Origin: Macrostomum lignano
Lineage: Eukaryota
DNA length: 64,000 nt
Assembly (NCBI GenBank): GCA_002269645.1
Contig: NIVC01002026.1
Span: forward strand, 62,001-126,000
Direction of reading: 5' to 3'
The position numbers were made by a program, and so were the translations under genes. The notes beneath the pieces were generated by a model. That model made no database searches, had not been told where the DNA came from, and was given only the letters and a program-made list of their open reading frames with translations. Within the stretch, counting starts at the first letter, position 1, and each line of letters starts with the position of its first letter. Shown in pieces: positions 62,320-64,000 of the stretch.

Positions 62320-63545
62320 TTAGTCCGCACAGAATGTACACCAACTCTCACCCCATTCTCTTCCCGGTCCGCATTAGATGTACCCCAACCCTCACCTCAT
62401 TCTCTCTCCCTGGTCCGCATACAATGTACACCAACCCTCACCCCATTCTCTCTCCCCACCTTGCATAGAATGTACACCAACCCTCACCCCATTCTCTCTC
62501 TCCCCAACTTGCATAGAATGTACACCAACCCTCACCCCATTCTCTCTCTTCCCAACTTGCATAGAATGTACACCAACGCTCACCCCATTCTCTCTCCCCA
62601 ACCTGCATAGAATGTACACCAACCCTCACCCCATTCTCTCTCTCCCCAACTTGCATAGAATGTACACCAACGCTCACCCCATTCTCTCTCCCCAACTTGC
62701 ATAGAATGTACACCAACCCTCACCCCATTCTTTCTCTCCCCAACCTGCATAGAATGTACACCAACCCTCACCCCATTCTCTCTCTCCCCAACCTGCATAG
62801 AATGTACACCAACCCTCACCCCATTCTCTCTCTCCCCAACCTGCATAGAATGTACACCAACCCTCACCCCATTCTCTCTCTCCCCAACCTGCATATAATG
62901 TACACCAACCCTCACCCCATTCTCTCTCTCCCCAACTTGCATAGAATGTACACCAACGCTCACCCCATTCTCTCTCCCCAACTTGCATAGAATGTACACC
63001 AACCCTCACCCCATTCTTTCTCTCCCCAACCTGCATAGAATGTACACCAACCCTCACCCCATTCTCTCTCTCCCCAACCTGCATAGAATGTACACCAACC
63101 CTCACCCCATTCTCTCTCTCCCCAACCTGCATATAATCTACACCAACCCTCACCCCATTCTCTCTCTCCCCAACCTGCATAGAATGTACACCAACCCTCA
63201 CCCCATTCTCTCTCTCTCCAACCTGCATAGAATGTACACCAACCCTCACCCCATTCTTTCTCTCCCCAACCTGCATAGAATGTACACCAACCCTCACCCC
63301 ATTCTCTCTCTCCCCAACCTGCATATAATGTACACCAACCCTCACCCCATTCTCTCTCTCCCCAACCTGCATAGAATGTACACCAACCCTCACCCCATTC
63401 TCTCTCCCAACTTGCATAGAATGTACACCAACCCTCACCCCATTCTCTCTCTCTCCAACCTGCATAGAATATATACGAAACCTCACCCCCATTCTCTCTC
63501 CCCGGTCCGCATAAAATGTACACGAACCCTTACCCCATTCTCTCT
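62320..63545. repeat. 48-bp (some 46-bp) minisatellite (intronic)
   Basis: Unit AATGTACACCAACCCTCACCCCATTCTCTCTCTCCCCAACCTGCATAG. Confidence 0.95.
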
Positions 63546-64000
63546 CCCTTGTGAGCACGAGCTTCACAATACATCCTAACCTACCAAGGACGGAAGCTAA
63601 TAGCTAAGTCACATAAACAAAACACTTTATGACGATTGCTAAAAGCAATGGGGATGGCGAACAGGCATGCAAATTTGTTTGATAAATGCACATAAGGTAA
63701 ACAATAGAATTTATCTGCTTAGCATCGATACTACAAGTATGCCAATCAATGAGCTTACATATCCGGAACTTTACGAGAAATCCACAGGTACGACAGCAAT
63801 CTCATTTGTCTTTTATTTTAATTTATTAGCTACAAATTACCGAATTTCGTAGCGTATGAAACTCAATGGGCGCTAATTGAGACGAACTACTTGACTCTGA
63901 TACACTCTGTAAGTAAAGTTTTGTTTTTAAAGCGGTTAAATTATTGTACAGTGGAAAATAGCTCGAAGAAGAGTAGGTGACGGGGGGCAAACGGCAACTT

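Overview
Eukaryotic (animal) genomic DNA with spliceosomal GT-AG introns and a very high load of micro- and minisatellites. The style suggests a free-living flatworm such as Macrostomum, but that is inference only. Genes supported by splice-phase checks: (1) + strand 4977-9969, three exons encoding 17 ankyrin repeats spliced in frame to a Mab-21/cGAS-like nucleotidyltransferase (cGLR-type) plus a helical tail, with one apparent 1-nt homopolymer frameshift; (2) a divergent PIG-W/GWT1-like exon (- strand); (3) a fibrinogen-related protein (- strand, 1-nt frameshift); (4) a GT32 DxD glycosyltransferase (- strand, 2 exons); (5) a 5-exon group II-like metabotropic glutamate receptor (- strand, 35484-57902); (6) the last two exons of a DNAI2-like dynein intermediate chain. 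The 15.6-kb first mGluR intron holds a 5.7-kb non-autonomous LTR element arranged as 4 LTRs and 3 internal segments, with a 5-bp target-site duplication. Another mGluR intron holds a tRNA/CORE-type SINE. The best candidate for an unusual system is the ankyrin-cGLR gene. Its near-identical 99-bp repeats vary almost only at the ankyrin binding-surface positions randomised in DARPins, and the variant cassettes recur in different combinations. That suggests a diversifiable recognition module coupled to a possible cyclic-nucleotide-signalling enzyme. Most long ORFs in the supplied track are satellite artefacts.
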